A DNA stretch of 64,000 nt. It comes from Phycisphaerae bacterium. Its GTDB lineage: Bacteria > Planctomycetota > Phycisphaerae > UBA1845. How positions within the stretch are numbered: position 1 is the first letter of the stretch; each line of letters starts with the position of its first letter. Position numbers and translations under genes: made by a program. This document shows positions 33,445 to 44,013 of this stretch, piece by piece. A model generated the notes under the pieces. The model did no database searches. It was not told the origin of the DNA and was given only the letters and a program-made list of their open reading frames with translations. The stretch spans positions 512,001 to 576,000 of the forward strand of contig CAXXGO010000006.1 of assembly GCA_963666835.2 (NCBI GenBank), written 5' to 3'.

Positions 33445-35319
33445 GTGACAAAGCTAGGGCATATATCAGACCCTACCCGTGGGCAGGATGGCGGAGTGCC
33501 ACCGCAAACGGAGCGTGCACAGGAAGACGATCGTCCATTTGCGGAGATACGGCGCAACCTGCAAGATGGGTTGCGGATGTTGTCTCTGCACCGTTGGACG
33601 TTCTTCATCCCGTTTTGCATCGTGACCAGTGGAGCGTTCATCTTAAGCCTCTACTACCCGCGAACCTACTCGGCCAAGACAAGTTTCGAGCGGCGCAATG
33701 ATCCGATTCTTGCGGATCTGTCTCTGTCTCAGGGAGCCGCTACGTTTAAGCTGTTTAGAACGACTATCGGACGGGATCTTACTTCGACGGAGCACATGAT
33801 CGAAGTCGTCGAGAACCTGGGGCTCACCAAGGATTTCGAACGTGACGAAAACGGAGAGCTTACTCCCGCGTCAATACGCCAGCGGACCGGTTTGGCCCAC
33901 ACCCTTGGAAGCGGGATCCGAATCACCACGCGAACGCCCAACGAACACACCGACATCGTCAACATCAAATACACCGGTCCCGATCCGAAGATCGGGAAGA
34001 AGCTCCTCGACGAGGTGAAGGCCACTTACATTCGCCGCACGATGGAATGGGTCCAGCAACATCTCGAAGGTCTGCGGGATTACTACGTCGCGGAGGCCGC
34101 TGAAGCACTGAAGAACTTGCGAGCTGCAGAAGCCGCCCAAACGCAATTGCGACTCGACAATCCGTTCTTGAACCCCCAGAACCCCGGAGCCATTTCGGGG
34201 AGAATCTCCCAGCTTGAACTAACCAAAAGCGAGCTGGTTCGCCGCCGCCGCGAGTACATGGCGGACTTGGAAGCGCAGCGTCAGATGCTCGCATCGGTGG
34301 AGTCTCAAATCGAGGCTCAAGGGGCCAAGATCGAGCGAGACCGGGAACCCGTTGAGGTGGTCCACTACAGTCCGCAGGCTCGGCGCCTCTTGGAAGAGAT
34401 CGCCGAGATCGACTCGAAAATCGACGAACTCAAAGTCACTCGGGGAATGACCGACGCCCACCCGGAGATCCAAGAGATGCTGACCTCTCGGCGATGGCGG
34501 GAGGCCGAGCTAAGCGAGCAGCAGGTTCACGACCACGAAACGGCGGTCACCAACGTCGGTTTGGACGCGGTATCGGCGGGGACAGCCGAAGCGGTGATCG
34601 AATTGACGGGTCCTTGGCAGAGCGATCGCGCCCGCATCCTTGCGCAGATTGCCGCCCAGGAAGCCAAGATCAAGGAAACCGACATTAGTATCGAGTCCAA
34701 CAAGCAGGAGACGGATCAGCTCAATGATGCAATGGCCCGGATTTTCGATCTTCAGGAGGCGTTTGCCGACGCCGCAGACCGGGTTTCCGATACCCGCCGA
34801 GAGCACTCCAACGTGACCTCGATTCTCGCCCGAATCGAGCCGGCTATAAAAGCCAACGAGCAGGACAGGCTACTGCACTGGTCGATAGGGGAGCCGGCGC
34901 AGGGGGGGATCGTGCCCGTCAACCCCAAGGCTCGAACGGTGGTTCTGCTGGCGCTGCTTGCCGGAATCGCCGCCGGGGTCCTGTTTGTTGTTCTGGCGGA
35001 AGTGCTCGATCACGTCTACCGCAGTTCCGGACAGGTGCTCCGCTCGCTCGGTTTGCCCATTCTCGACGCTGTTGACGAGATCGTGACATCGCAGGATCGC
35101 CGCCGAATCCTCGTTCGCAGAACGGTGATTACACCGTTGTTGTTGGTTTCTTGCCTCGGGTTCACCGGGGCCGCAGGAGCCATGGCCTACCTGAGCATCC
35201 AGCGACCACAGACTTACGGTCGAGTTCAGGAGATCCCGCGCGCGGCGCTCGACGCTCTGGTTGGGGAGACCCAGGTGAACCCCGTGACGTCGGAAGCTCC
35301 GGGAACCACGCCGCCGTAA
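33445..35319 (+). CDS. Polysaccharide chain-length determinant (Wzz/GumC-like, no kinase domain)
   Basis: N-terminal TM followed by YSA, long coiled coil with HPEI motif, Pro-rich segment before the C-terminal TMs. Confidence 0.85.
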   Translation: MTKLGHISDPTRGQDGGVPPQTERAQEDDRPFAEIRRNLQDGLRMLSLHRWTFFIPFCIVTSGAFILSLYYPRTYSAKTSFERRNDPILADLSLSQGAATFKLFRTTIGRDLTSTEHMIEVVENLGLTKDFERDENGELTPASIRQRTGLAHTLGSGIRITTRTPNEHTDIVNIKYTGPDPKIGKKLLDEVKATYIRRTMEWVQQHLEGLRDYYVAEAAEALKNLRAAEAAQTQLRLDNPFLNPQNPGAISGRISQLELTKSELVRRRREYMADLEAQRQMLASVESQIEAQGAKIERDREPVEVVHYSPQARRLLEEIAEIDSKIDELKVTRGMTDAHPEIQEMLTSRRWREAELSEQQVHDHETAVTNVGLDAVSAGTAEAVIELTGPWQSDRARILAQIAAQEAKIKETDISIESNKQETDQLNDAMARIFDLQEAFADAADRVSDTRREHSNVTSILARIEPAIKANEQDRLLHWSIGEPAQGGIVPVNPKARTVVLLALLAGIAAGVLFVVLAEVLDHVYRSSGQVLRSLGLPILDAVDEIVTSQDRRRILVRRTVITPLLLVSCLGFTGAAGAMAYLSIQRPQTYGRVQEIPRAALDALVGETQVNPVTSEAPGTTPP

Positions 35320-35378
35320 CCGGTGTCGGTTGTCAAACCGCTTGCCCCTGCGCCGACCCGCGTATGGACGGAAAACCC

Positions 35379-36962
35379 TCAGACGGACTCAGCTTCGTCG
35401 GCCTTCTGGGAGGCGGGGAAGAACACTCGTACAACGGTCCCCTTGCCGACGGCGGATTCCACCAGAGCATGCGCATGGTGCTGGCGCAAGATACCGTGGA
35501 CCGCGGCGAGCCCGAGGCCGTGCCCTTCCACCTTCGTTGTGAAGAACGGGTCGAAGACGCGCTGGATGGTGGATTCGTCCATTCCGCAGCCGTTATCTGC
35601 GACGGCCAGCTCGACATAGCGCCCTGCTTTGGCACCGTGCGGAGTGCATCGCAACGCTTGTGCCGCGGTAAGGTCCGTCAGTTGGGTCGTGATGCAGATT
35701 ATTCCCTTTCCGGAAATCGCGTGGTAGGCGTTGAGGCACAGGTTCAGCAGGATCTGTTCGACTTGGCCCTTATCGGCGAGGATCGGGGGGAGCCCCTCCG
35801 CGAGCTGCAGGTCAAGCTGGTCCCTTCCGCCAATAGACGAGCAGATCAGCTTGAGGGCATCGTACACTATGGCGTTCAATCCGGCGGGAAGAGGATTGTA
35901 GCGCCCGGTTCGAGCGTATCGGAGCAGGTGGCCGATGAAGTCCCGAGCCTGAAAACCGGCGTCTTCGATGGACTCCAATAGTGCCAGCGCTTCGTCAGAG
36001 AGCCCGTCTACCGAGCGCAGCAACGCCGCATTGCCGAGGATTACCGCGAGTGAGCTGTTGAAATCGTGAGCGACCCCGCTGGCCAGCACTCCGAGACTCT
36101 CGAGCTTCTGCGACATGCGCAACTGCAGTTCCATAGCCTCGCGAGCCGAGACGTCTACGGCCATAGAGCAAACTCGCTGAATCCGACCGTCCGCGTCGAC
36201 CAGACGCGCTATGAACCACTCACAGGTTAATCTCGTGCCGTCTTGCCGCACATTATCGGCAACAAAGCGGTTCGACCCTGTGCCCGTAGCCAAGCCGGCC
36301 CACACCGTGCCGGGCGCCGACGCTTCTTCTGCCGGAACGATCAACTCGTTCGGCGTCTTACCGAGCGCCTCAGCACGGCTGTAGCCGAAGAGCTGCTCCG
36401 CCTCCGGGCCCCATTCCATGACGCGGCAATCGCCACCCCAGACAATGTGCGCCAACGGCATCTCATCAGTGCGAGTCTGCAGGTTGCCAAGGACCTTGTG
36501 GGGACGATCGCCCGCCTGCCGCAGATCTGCCTTCCTCTCTATCCCGTCGGAGACGTCCCGCAGCGAGATTATGATATGACCGTCACCAAGGTCTGCGGCC
36601 CGCGCCTCGACGGTAATCCGTCCCCCGTCTTTGCGGGTTATAGGAACCTCTACCGCCCGCAGTTTATCGGCCGTCGAGTCCCCGGGCCCTCCCGCCGCGC
36701 TCCAAAACGGTGTCGACGGAGTCAGATCGGAAAGCCGTTGGCCGAGCAGCTCCTCCTGTGAATATCCGAGCAGCTCGCGTGCGGCTTGGTTGGCCATAAC
36801 GAGACGGCCCGCAGTGTCGGCGATCAGGATCGCTTCGCCGAGCCGCTCGAAAGCCAGGCAAAGGTCCAACCCGCTCGGCACAGCAGGCGATTCCACCGGC
36901 TCTGCAGTGCCGCTCGGCCTGCCCGGTCCCTGTGAGCTCTTAGCCGGTTGGGGAGTGTCCAT
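35379..36962 (-). CDS. PAS-PAS sensor histidine kinase
   Basis: GVAHDFN H-box, NLCLNA N-box, DNGCGM, FDPFFTTK, GLGLA. Confidence 0.92.
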   Translation of the reverse strand: MDTPQPAKSSQGPGRPSGTAEPVESPAVPSGLDLCLAFERLGEAILIADTAGRLVMANQAARELLGYSQEELLGQRLSDLTPSTPFWSAAGGPGDSTADKLRAVEVPITRKDGGRITVEARAADLGDGHIIISLRDVSDGIERKADLRQAGDRPHKVLGNLQTRTDEMPLAHIVWGGDCRVMEWGPEAEQLFGYSRAEALGKTPNELIVPAEEASAPGTVWAGLATGTGSNRFVADNVRQDGTRLTCEWFIARLVDADGRIQRVCSMAVDVSAREAMELQLRMSQKLESLGVLASGVAHDFNSSLAVILGNAALLRSVDGLSDEALALLESIEDAGFQARDFIGHLLRYARTGRYNPLPAGLNAIVYDALKLICSSIGGRDQLDLQLAEGLPPILADKGQVEQILLNLCLNAYHAISGKGIICITTQLTDLTAAQALRCTPHGAKAGRYVELAVADNGCGMDESTIQRVFDPFFTTKVEGHGLGLAAVHGILRQHHAHALVESAVGKGTVVRVFFPASQKADEAESV

Positions 36963-37088
36963 AACCCCATCATACCAACCCGCGTAACGCTTGCGACCGC
37001 ACAAGCGGGGCACCTGGAGTTTGTGCCTCGTCCGGCCGATTGAACGGCAAGTTTCACCGTACAATCGGTCATTTCCCGGTCAATTTCC

Positions 37089-37117
37089 TTGACCGGCTGG
37101 AGCAGAATCACTATTCT
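37089..37117 (+). promoter_or_regulatory. Putative sigma70 promoter TTGACC-N17-TATTCT
   Basis: Close consensus match with 17-bp spacer, ~350 bp upstream of the C25 gene. Confidence 0.5.
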
Positions 37118-37470
37118 GGTAGTTCTCGACGAGGAGGGTGTTATGCGCGCCGGGGTCGTTGGGAAGCGGGTCGGCGCGGTTTGTACGGCGATGCCGCACG
37201 GGCGGCGGGCTCGTACGAGGGGTGTGGGTATGAACAACGGTTGTCACGGTCATTCCGGCGGAGTGTTCCGCGATGGTCGGTTCTACCCCGCAAGCGCCCT
37301 TTCTTGTCCCACCTCAGCACTTTCATCTGCAGTATCGGTGCCGCATACGCGTCAGGGGGGACGGCGGCTTGGGAGGATGTTATCGACGCAGTCGTCAATT
37401 CAGGCCGATGTCGGATCGGCACCAGGGCGGCTAACACTAGACCAGGATTCAACACCTGAGGGAGGGACAC

Positions 37471-40400
37471 ATGCGCTCGTTTAGATCGAGCCTCGGTTTG
37501 GCCTTATGTGCATTGGCGATCGCGCTGCTCGGTGGCAGCCCCGTCGCCGGCGCGGTTTGGGTCGGCATGGCTAGCGATGGATCAGCCGTCGTGGAAGAAC
37601 TGGCCGTTTCCGAATCGCCGGCAGTAACCGTGCGCGGGTACGACGACAGCGGGATCGACGTAGCCATAGCGATTCCAGGAATTGCGTTCTCCGCCGAGAA
37701 GACCAAGGGCGGGGAGTTCGTCAACGTGGATTGGACGGAAGCCCCCCTGACGGGTGAGGTTGGTACGCCCGGTCTGCCCGTCGTTCGGCGGCTATTCGTG
37801 GTGCCGAATGGAATGACGGCGACCCTCGAGGTATTCACCGGCGAGAGCCTGGTTATCGATGCGGACGTCACGGGAATTGCGCTGCCGGTCAAGCCGGTCC
37901 AGCCGCCCATTCCGAAGCTCCCGGGCGCCCGGGAGAACGCGGTCTTCGTCATGGACGCCGCATCGTACGCGGCCGGTGCCAACATGCTCCCCGAGCGCGC
38001 GGTCATCCAGGACCTGGGTATCGTCCGCGGGCAGCATCTTATGCTTCTCGAAGTACGCCCGGTCGACTACACCCCGGCAGCCAATGTGCTGACGTTCTGG
38101 CCGGACCTGCAGGTCGAGATCAACTTTGAGGGTGAAGCGGCTCCGGCCAGCGCCTTGTCGGCTATGCCCGGGCTGAACCGCATCGTGCTCAACCCGCAGC
38201 AGGCTCAAGGCGGTACTCGCGGCGACGGCAATTACCTGATTATAACCGGGACGAACTTCGAGACGGATATCGCCGGTTTTGCAGCGGCCAAGGCCGCCCA
38301 GGGATTCACCGTGACCACTCATGCCGTATCCCCGGGAACCTCAAGCAGCACCATTAAGTCCTACATCCAGGGATTGTGGGGCACGGCCGACGCTCCCGAG
38401 TACGTTCTGCTCGTGGGTGATACTGAGACGATCCCGGCGTGGACGGGTTCCGGAACCGGAAGCCCGGACACGGACATCCAATACGGATGCATGGACGGGA
38501 GCAGCGATTGGTATCCCGACATCGCCATCGGGCGTTTCCCGGTGGATAACGCCACGGAGTTGCAGACCATCGTCGACAAGACTCTGTATTACGAGAACGG
38601 TCCGCTGGCCGACCCCACGTACAAGAAACGCGCCGTTTTCATGGCTTCGGTGGACAACTACTCGATTTCCGAGGGGACCCACAATTACGTGATCAACACG
38701 CACCTGGATCCGAACGGTTTCGTGTCAGATAAGCTATACCAGGTAACGTACGGCGCGGACACGGACGACGTCATCAACTCCTTCAACGACGGACGTTTCT
38801 TCGGCGTCTACAGCGGGCACGGTGGAACGTACTCTTGGGGTGATGGCCCGCCGCTGAGCCAGACTCAGGTAAGAGATCTGACCAACGCGAACATGTACGC
38901 GTTCATCTGCAGTTTTGCCTGCATCACGGGGACCTACACCGTGGACGAGTGCTTCATGGAGACCTGGGTCCTGACCGATAACGGCGCCGTCACGGCCTGC
39001 GGTTCCTCGGTCAACAGTTGGTGGGATGAGGACGACATCCTGGAGAAGCGCCTATTCGATGCCATCTTCGACAACGCGGATGCGGTGAAAACGGAAGCGG
39101 GTCCGGTGTACAACGAAGCCAAGCTGCGCTTCCTCGCTCACTTTGGCGCCGATTCGGATACCCGGCGGTACTTCGAGATGTATAACCTGATGGGTGACCC
39201 GGCATTGGGTCTTCCGGCGGCCTGTTCGGACGCCGGCGAGCTGCAGGTGGGGCAAAGCAGTTATGCATGTGAAGATACCGTCGAAATCGAGCTGACGGAC
39301 TGCGGTCTGAATCTCGACGACGGCGTGGTTGACACCGTTGATGTGACGATCTCTTCGGATTCGGAAGCAGCGGGCGAAGTGGTCACGTTGACCGAGACCG
39401 ACGGGGCTTCGGCGCAGTTCCAAGGCTCCATCGCGGTCAGTGTGACGGACAGTGCCGGCGTGCTGCTCATCGCCGAGAACGACACGATAACGGTGACCTA
39501 CATCGATGCTGATGACGGTCAGGGCGGAACCAATGTGGTGGTGACCGCTACGGCGGGGGTCGACTGTACGCCGCCGGACATCTCGAACGTACGTACCACG
39601 GTGGTGGAGCCGCGTGACGCTACGGTGGCCTTAGATGCTAATGAGCCCGTGCGGGGGACAGTCAATTACGGCTACACCTGCGCCAATCTTGCGTGGTCCG
39701 CCTCCGGCAGTGGCTACTCTCTGTTCCCGACCGTTAACCTCTCGGGTCTGCAGGATGACCGGACGTACTACTACGCCGTCGAGGCGGAGGACCAAGCCGG
39801 CAACTCGGTTAGCGATGACGCCGGCGGGTCATGCTATTCGTTCACTACTCCCGAGGTACCCGATTTCTTCACCGAACTGTTCGATGACACCGAGTTTGAC
39901 TTGGCGAACATGTCGGTGGAGTTCGCTCCCAACGGCTCGACCGATTTCTACGATGCCTGCATGGAGGAAGACGTCTTCTCCCTGCCGACCGATCCGGCCG
40001 GGGGCACCACGGTGACGTGGACTTCCGGAACAGACGACGACGGCTATAGCACTATCACCTTGAGCGGTGGCGCCACCGTGTCGATCTACGGAACCGCTTA
40101 CTCGACGTTCTACATCGGTACGAACGGATATATCACCTTTGTTCACGGTGAGACCGGTACGACGGAATCTCTGAGCGTTCACCTCTCCGGTATCCCGCGG
40201 ATCTCCGGCCTGTTCGACGATCTGGACCCCGGCGAAGGCGGAAGCGTGACCTGGAAGCAGCTTGGCGATCGGGCGGTCGTTACCTGGGAGAACGTGCCGG
40301 AGTACAACACCAGCAACTCCAACACGTTCCAGATCGAGATGTACTTCGATGGCACGATCAGGCTCAGCTATTTGGCGATTGCTGTGGAGGACGGTCTGGT

Positions 40401-41199
40401 CGGGCTCTCCGAGGGTGTGGGCATCGATCCGGACTTCATCGAGTCGGACCTTTCCGAGCTGGGCCCCTGTGCCCCGCCGGGCGACTGTGATGATGACGGC
40501 GACACCGACGAGGACGATTTCGCTGTTCTTTGGGACTGCTTCTCCGGTACGGATGGGGGAGTCGGAACCGGCTGCGGCTGCGTCAACCTGGATCGTGACA
40601 ACGACGTTGACTGCAAGGACTGGAACGAGTTTAGGAATCTGTGGACATACGGTGATCCGCCGACGTTCCCGCCGTGCGTTCGCCCGACGGCCGCGGCGGC
40701 AGGTTCGCGGTTCCTGGCGGTGACCCTCACTGAAGGACTCGACCCGGCGGCCATCTTGATTACCGGCGACTCCGCCGATCCGGCCGTAGCGTGTCTGTCG
40801 GTGTACGTACAGACGGATGGAACGCTTGGGCCCGACCCGGTCTTCCAGCTACCGAGCGAATGGGGCACTATCAGTGTCACAGGCCCCCAGATCGGTCCGA
40901 ACACGCAATACGCGGTTCAGGGAGACTACGGGACCGTAGGTAGCCCGATGCTGTCTCAGGAGGAGGAAGTAACCACCTGGCTCTGGGCTGATACCGACCA
41001 CAACCTCGTGGTCAGCATCGCCGACGTGCAGTCTTTGGTTCTGGAGTTCCAGAGTCCCGGCGGAATACCGATCGAGGCGGCGGACCAAGCTAACTGCATA
41101 CCGGATGGGGTCATCAACATGACCGACATCCAGTGGGCGGTCAGTTCGTTCCAGGGCAGCACTTTCTGGGGCGGGCAATGTGCCGCACCGTGCCCGTAA
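37471..41199 (+). CDS. Secreted C25 (gingipain-like) cysteine peptidase with propeptide, Fn3-like, nidogen-like and dockerin-like modules
   Basis: Signal peptide; GTPGLP propeptide; YVLLVGD, IGRFP, YSGHG (His), SFAC (Cys), YNLMGDP; GDCDDDGDTDEDDF. Confidence 0.88.
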   Translation: MRSFRSSLGLALCALAIALLGGSPVAGAVWVGMASDGSAVVEELAVSESPAVTVRGYDDSGIDVAIAIPGIAFSAEKTKGGEFVNVDWTEAPLTGEVGTPGLPVVRRLFVVPNGMTATLEVFTGESLVIDADVTGIALPVKPVQPPIPKLPGARENAVFVMDAASYAAGANMLPERAVIQDLGIVRGQHLMLLEVRPVDYTPAANVLTFWPDLQVEINFEGEAAPASALSAMPGLNRIVLNPQQAQGGTRGDGNYLIITGTNFETDIAGFAAAKAAQGFTVTTHAVSPGTSSSTIKSYIQGLWGTADAPEYVLLVGDTETIPAWTGSGTGSPDTDIQYGCMDGSSDWYPDIAIGRFPVDNATELQTIVDKTLYYENGPLADPTYKKRAVFMASVDNYSISEGTHNYVINTHLDPNGFVSDKLYQVTYGADTDDVINSFNDGRFFGVYSGHGGTYSWGDGPPLSQTQVRDLTNANMYAFICSFACITGTYTVDECFMETWVLTDNGAVTACGSSVNSWWDEDDILEKRLFDAIFDNADAVKTEAGPVYNEAKLRFLAHFGADSDTRRYFEMYNLMGDPALGLPAACSDAGELQVGQSSYACEDTVEIELTDCGLNLDDGVVDTVDVTISSDSEAAGEVVTLTETDGASAQFQGSIAVSVTDSAGVLLIAENDTITVTYIDADDGQGGTNVVVTATAGVDCTPPDISNVRTTVVEPRDATVALDANEPVRGTVNYGYTCANLAWSASGSGYSLFPTVNLSGLQDDRTYYYAVEAEDQAGNSVSDDAGGSCYSFTTPEVPDFFTELFDDTEFDLANMSVEFAPNGSTDFYDACMEEDVFSLPTDPAGGTTVTWTSGTDDDGYSTITLSGGATVSIYGTAYSTFYIGTNGYITFVHGETGTTESLSVHLSGIPRISGLFDDLDPGEGGSVTWKQLGDRAVVTWENVPEYNTSNSNTFQIEMYFDGTIRLSYLAIAVEDGLVGLSEGVGIDPDFIESDLSELGPCAPPGDCDDDGDTDEDDFAVLWDCFSGTDGGVGTGCGCVNLDRDNDVDCKDWNEFRNLWTYGDPPTFPPCVRPTAAAAGSRFLAVTLTEGLDPAAILITGDSADPAVACLSVYVQTDGTLGPDPVFQLPSEWGTISVTGPQIGPNTQYAVQGDYGTVGSPMLSQEEEVTTWLWADTDHNLVVSIADVQSLVLEFQSPGGIPIEAADQANCIPDGVINMTDIQWAVSSFQGSTFWGGQCAAPCP

Positions 41200-41228
41200 T
41201 CGAGCCGGTTGCGGTTGTCTGAATAGCC

Positions 41229-41264
41229 GAAGGGCCGGGGGAGAATCAACTTCCCCGGCCCTTC
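41229..41264 (+). terminator. Stem-loop after the C25 gene
   Basis: GAAGGGCCGGGG / CCCCGGCCCTTC stem; weak T-tail. Confidence 0.55.
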
Positions 41265-41592
41265 CTCTATGGAAAGCGAGGATCAATGGACGGTCAAGTG
41301 GGCAGGCGGAACACCGGCACCGCTTTGCCGAATACCGAACTCCCATCTGTCGATGCCCCGCCCGCCAAGCGGAACTTCTTAATTAATCGGCAGAGACCGC
41401 GCCACGCAACATGGACAATAGACTGCATATTGGGCTTGTTCGGCGGGATGCACGAAAACCCGGCAATTTGTCAGCCTATGTCGATGTTGTTACAATACGG
41501 TGCTGGTTTTGGTGCCCCTGCCGATTCACCCAGATCGACAGGGCTTGCGCAAGTCGACAATTCGCAACGATGAGAGATTGAGGGGAACGCCC

Positions 41593-43881
41593 ATGACTAC
41601 TTCCGAGAACAGTTGCCGATGTGGTGACAGCGCGTGCAACGTGGGATCCGAACAACCGCCGCGCCGATCTCGGTTCGGACCGTGGCGGGCCGCGGTGTTG
41701 TCGCTGGTCATCTTGCTCATCCTGGTTCACATGGGGCACTTCCTGATCGCCGGTTGGACCTTAACGGTCTTCGACCCGGCGGAGCTGATGAGCTTCCTCG
41801 AAATGGGGCTGATCAACGTCGGGGTCGTCTTCACGGTTGTCCTGATCATCGTAAGCCTGCTCTTCGGACGGTTCTTCTGCGGTTGGGCATGCCACATCAT
41901 GGCCTTCGAGGACGCCACCGCGTGGCTGCTTCGCAAGATTGGTATCACCGTCAAGCCCTTTAGATCACGACTCCTTTGGATCGCGCCGTTTATCGTGATG
42001 ATCTACATGTACGTGTGGCCGCAGGTAGTCCGATTGTGGAAAGGCGAGGGCTTCCCCGCGATCTACACTGAATGGACCACGACGGCGGTATGGGCGGCCA
42101 ACCCCGGCTGGATTGTCTCGGTACTGACACTTCTGACGTGCAGCATTCTCATCGTCTACATCCTGGGCTCGCGCGGGTTCTGTGCCTATGCCTGTCCGTA
42201 CGGGGCGGGCTTCAGCCTGCTGCAGAGGGTGGCTCCGTGGCGGGTGCGGCTTACCGGCGATTGCCACGAGTGCGGACATTGCACGGCGGCCTGCCCGTCG
42301 GACATACGAGTGCACGAGGAGATTCGCGAGCACGGTCAGGTGGTGAGCGGATCATGTGTGCGGGGTCTGACTTGTGTTGGCGTTTGCCCCAACGATGCGA
42401 TCACCCTGAGTGCCGGAGTTCCGAACGTCTTGGGCCGATCTTCGTCGCCGGCAGTTCCGCGGGAGCGCGTTTCGTACGATTACTCCTGGGGTGAAGAGCT
42501 TCTGCTCGCCTTAGCGTTTTGCGGGAGCCTGTTCGCCCTTCGCTCGCACGCCAAGGGCGGTCTATACGATCAAGTCCCGTTTCTGATGGCTCTGGGCTGC
42601 GCGGCGATCTCCGCGGTGATGGCGGTCAAGCTCCTCCGGTTGCTCTACCGCCGCGATGAGGGCGTTCAGAATCTTCGACTCAAGGTCGCCGGCCGGATGA
42701 AGGCGGCCGGGTGGGGCTATGCGGTCTGCGCCGCGGCTGTGGTCATCTTCATGGTACACAGCGGAATGTGGCAGTACCACCGATTGCAGGGCGAGCGTCA
42801 CTTCGCTGCGGTTCCGTGGGACGCGGTCGAGACTTTCGACTCGGAAGCGATAGCCGAAGATGTTGAGAGCGGTATTGCTCATTTCGAGTTCTGCGATCGC
42901 TGGGGCTTGGTTCCGACCTCGCTGGTCAACCTGAAGCTGGCCGGTCTGTACACCTGGGCGGGCCGCCCGGAAGACGCCGAACGGCAGTACGCCCGCGCTA
43001 TGGAGCTTGCCCCCGAAAGCGCTGAGGCGCGATATCACTTCGCCGGCCTGCGGTTAGAGCAGCGGCGTTTCGCCGAAGCGGAGGGACTGCTGCGTGAAGC
43101 GGTTGCCCTGCGACCCGATTTCGCGGAAGCGCATCTGAGGCTCAGCGAGACGCTATACGGACTAGGGGCCGGTGAAGAGGCCGCCGAGGCCTTTGCGGAG
43201 GCGGCTCGTTTTTCCCCGGACGATCCCGCGTTCCGTTTCAAGCTCGGTCTGGTGCTGATGACGCGGGGCGATATGCCCGGCGCCACCGTTGAAATGCAGA
43301 CGGTGGTGGATCTCGACCCCAACCACGCGGGAGCGCACGGCAACCTCGGGCTGCTGTTGATGGGACAAGGGCGCGTCACTGAAGCTCTGGAGCAATACCA
43401 GGCCGCGGTGCAAGCCGCTCCGGATTCCCCGATGGTGCGGTACAACTACGGCAAGGCTCTCGCCGGCGTTAACCGGCTGCCCGAAGCCCTGACCCAGTTC
43501 GAGCAGGCTATTGCCGCCCTTCCCGATTTCGCTGAAGCCCTGCACGATTGCGGCTCCGTGCTGTTTGCGATGGGTCGGGTCGAGGAGGCCGCGGAGCGTT
43601 TCCGCGAGGCTCTGAACATCAATGCCGAAGCTCCGCACACTCACAATGCTCTGGGCTTCGCCCTGACCACCCTGGGGCAGCGGGAAGAGGCGATCGATCA
43701 TTTCCGACAGGCCGTGCGAATCTACCCGGACTTCGCGGAGGCGCATTTTCACCTGTCGGTAGCTCTTCTGCGCGAGAACGACCGAGAGGCCGCCCAAGAG
43801 AGTCTCGCCCAAGCGCACCGGATCGAGCCGATGTACCCGGGGTCGCTCACCGAACTAACCGCCCGGCTATCCGGCGAGTAA
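41593..43881 (+). CDS. NapH/CcoG-like membrane 4Fe-4S protein fused to a TPR array
   Basis: GRFFCGWACH, FCAYACPYG, CHECGHCTAACP, CVRGLTCVGVCP; multiple TPRs (PDFAEAH). Confidence 0.88.
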   Translation: MTTSENSCRCGDSACNVGSEQPPRRSRFGPWRAAVLSLVILLILVHMGHFLIAGWTLTVFDPAELMSFLEMGLINVGVVFTVVLIIVSLLFGRFFCGWACHIMAFEDATAWLLRKIGITVKPFRSRLLWIAPFIVMIYMYVWPQVVRLWKGEGFPAIYTEWTTTAVWAANPGWIVSVLTLLTCSILIVYILGSRGFCAYACPYGAGFSLLQRVAPWRVRLTGDCHECGHCTAACPSDIRVHEEIREHGQVVSGSCVRGLTCVGVCPNDAITLSAGVPNVLGRSSSPAVPRERVSYDYSWGEELLLALAFCGSLFALRSHAKGGLYDQVPFLMALGCAAISAVMAVKLLRLLYRRDEGVQNLRLKVAGRMKAAGWGYAVCAAAVVIFMVHSGMWQYHRLQGERHFAAVPWDAVETFDSEAIAEDVESGIAHFEFCDRWGLVPTSLVNLKLAGLYTWAGRPEDAERQYARAMELAPESAEARYHFAGLRLEQRRFAEAEGLLREAVALRPDFAEAHLRLSETLYGLGAGEEAAEAFAEAARFSPDDPAFRFKLGLVLMTRGDMPGATVEMQTVVDLDPNHAGAHGNLGLLLMGQGRVTEALEQYQAAVQAAPDSPMVRYNYGKALAGVNRLPEALTQFEQAIAALPDFAEALHDCGSVLFAMGRVEEAAERFREALNINAEAPHTHNALGFALTTLGQREEAIDHFRQAVRIYPDFAEAHFHLSVALLRENDREAAQESLAQAHRIEPMYPGSLTELTARLSGE

Positions 43882-43941
43882 GTTTTCGGCGAGGGACCAT
43901 GTCGGGAATAGACCGTGAGGAACGGTTGTAAGGAGATGCGA

Positions 43942-44013
43942 GGGTGCCCCATCCATCCCGGCGTTTGCGGGGCTGGGACGGTGGTGCCGACTCGCCGCCG
44001 GGATGGGTGGGGG
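43942..44013. repeat. Palindrome D copy forming the 5' exon of the group II intron
   Basis: Matches 46783-46853; the match resumes after the intron at 45941, corresponding to 46854 onward. Confidence 0.9.
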
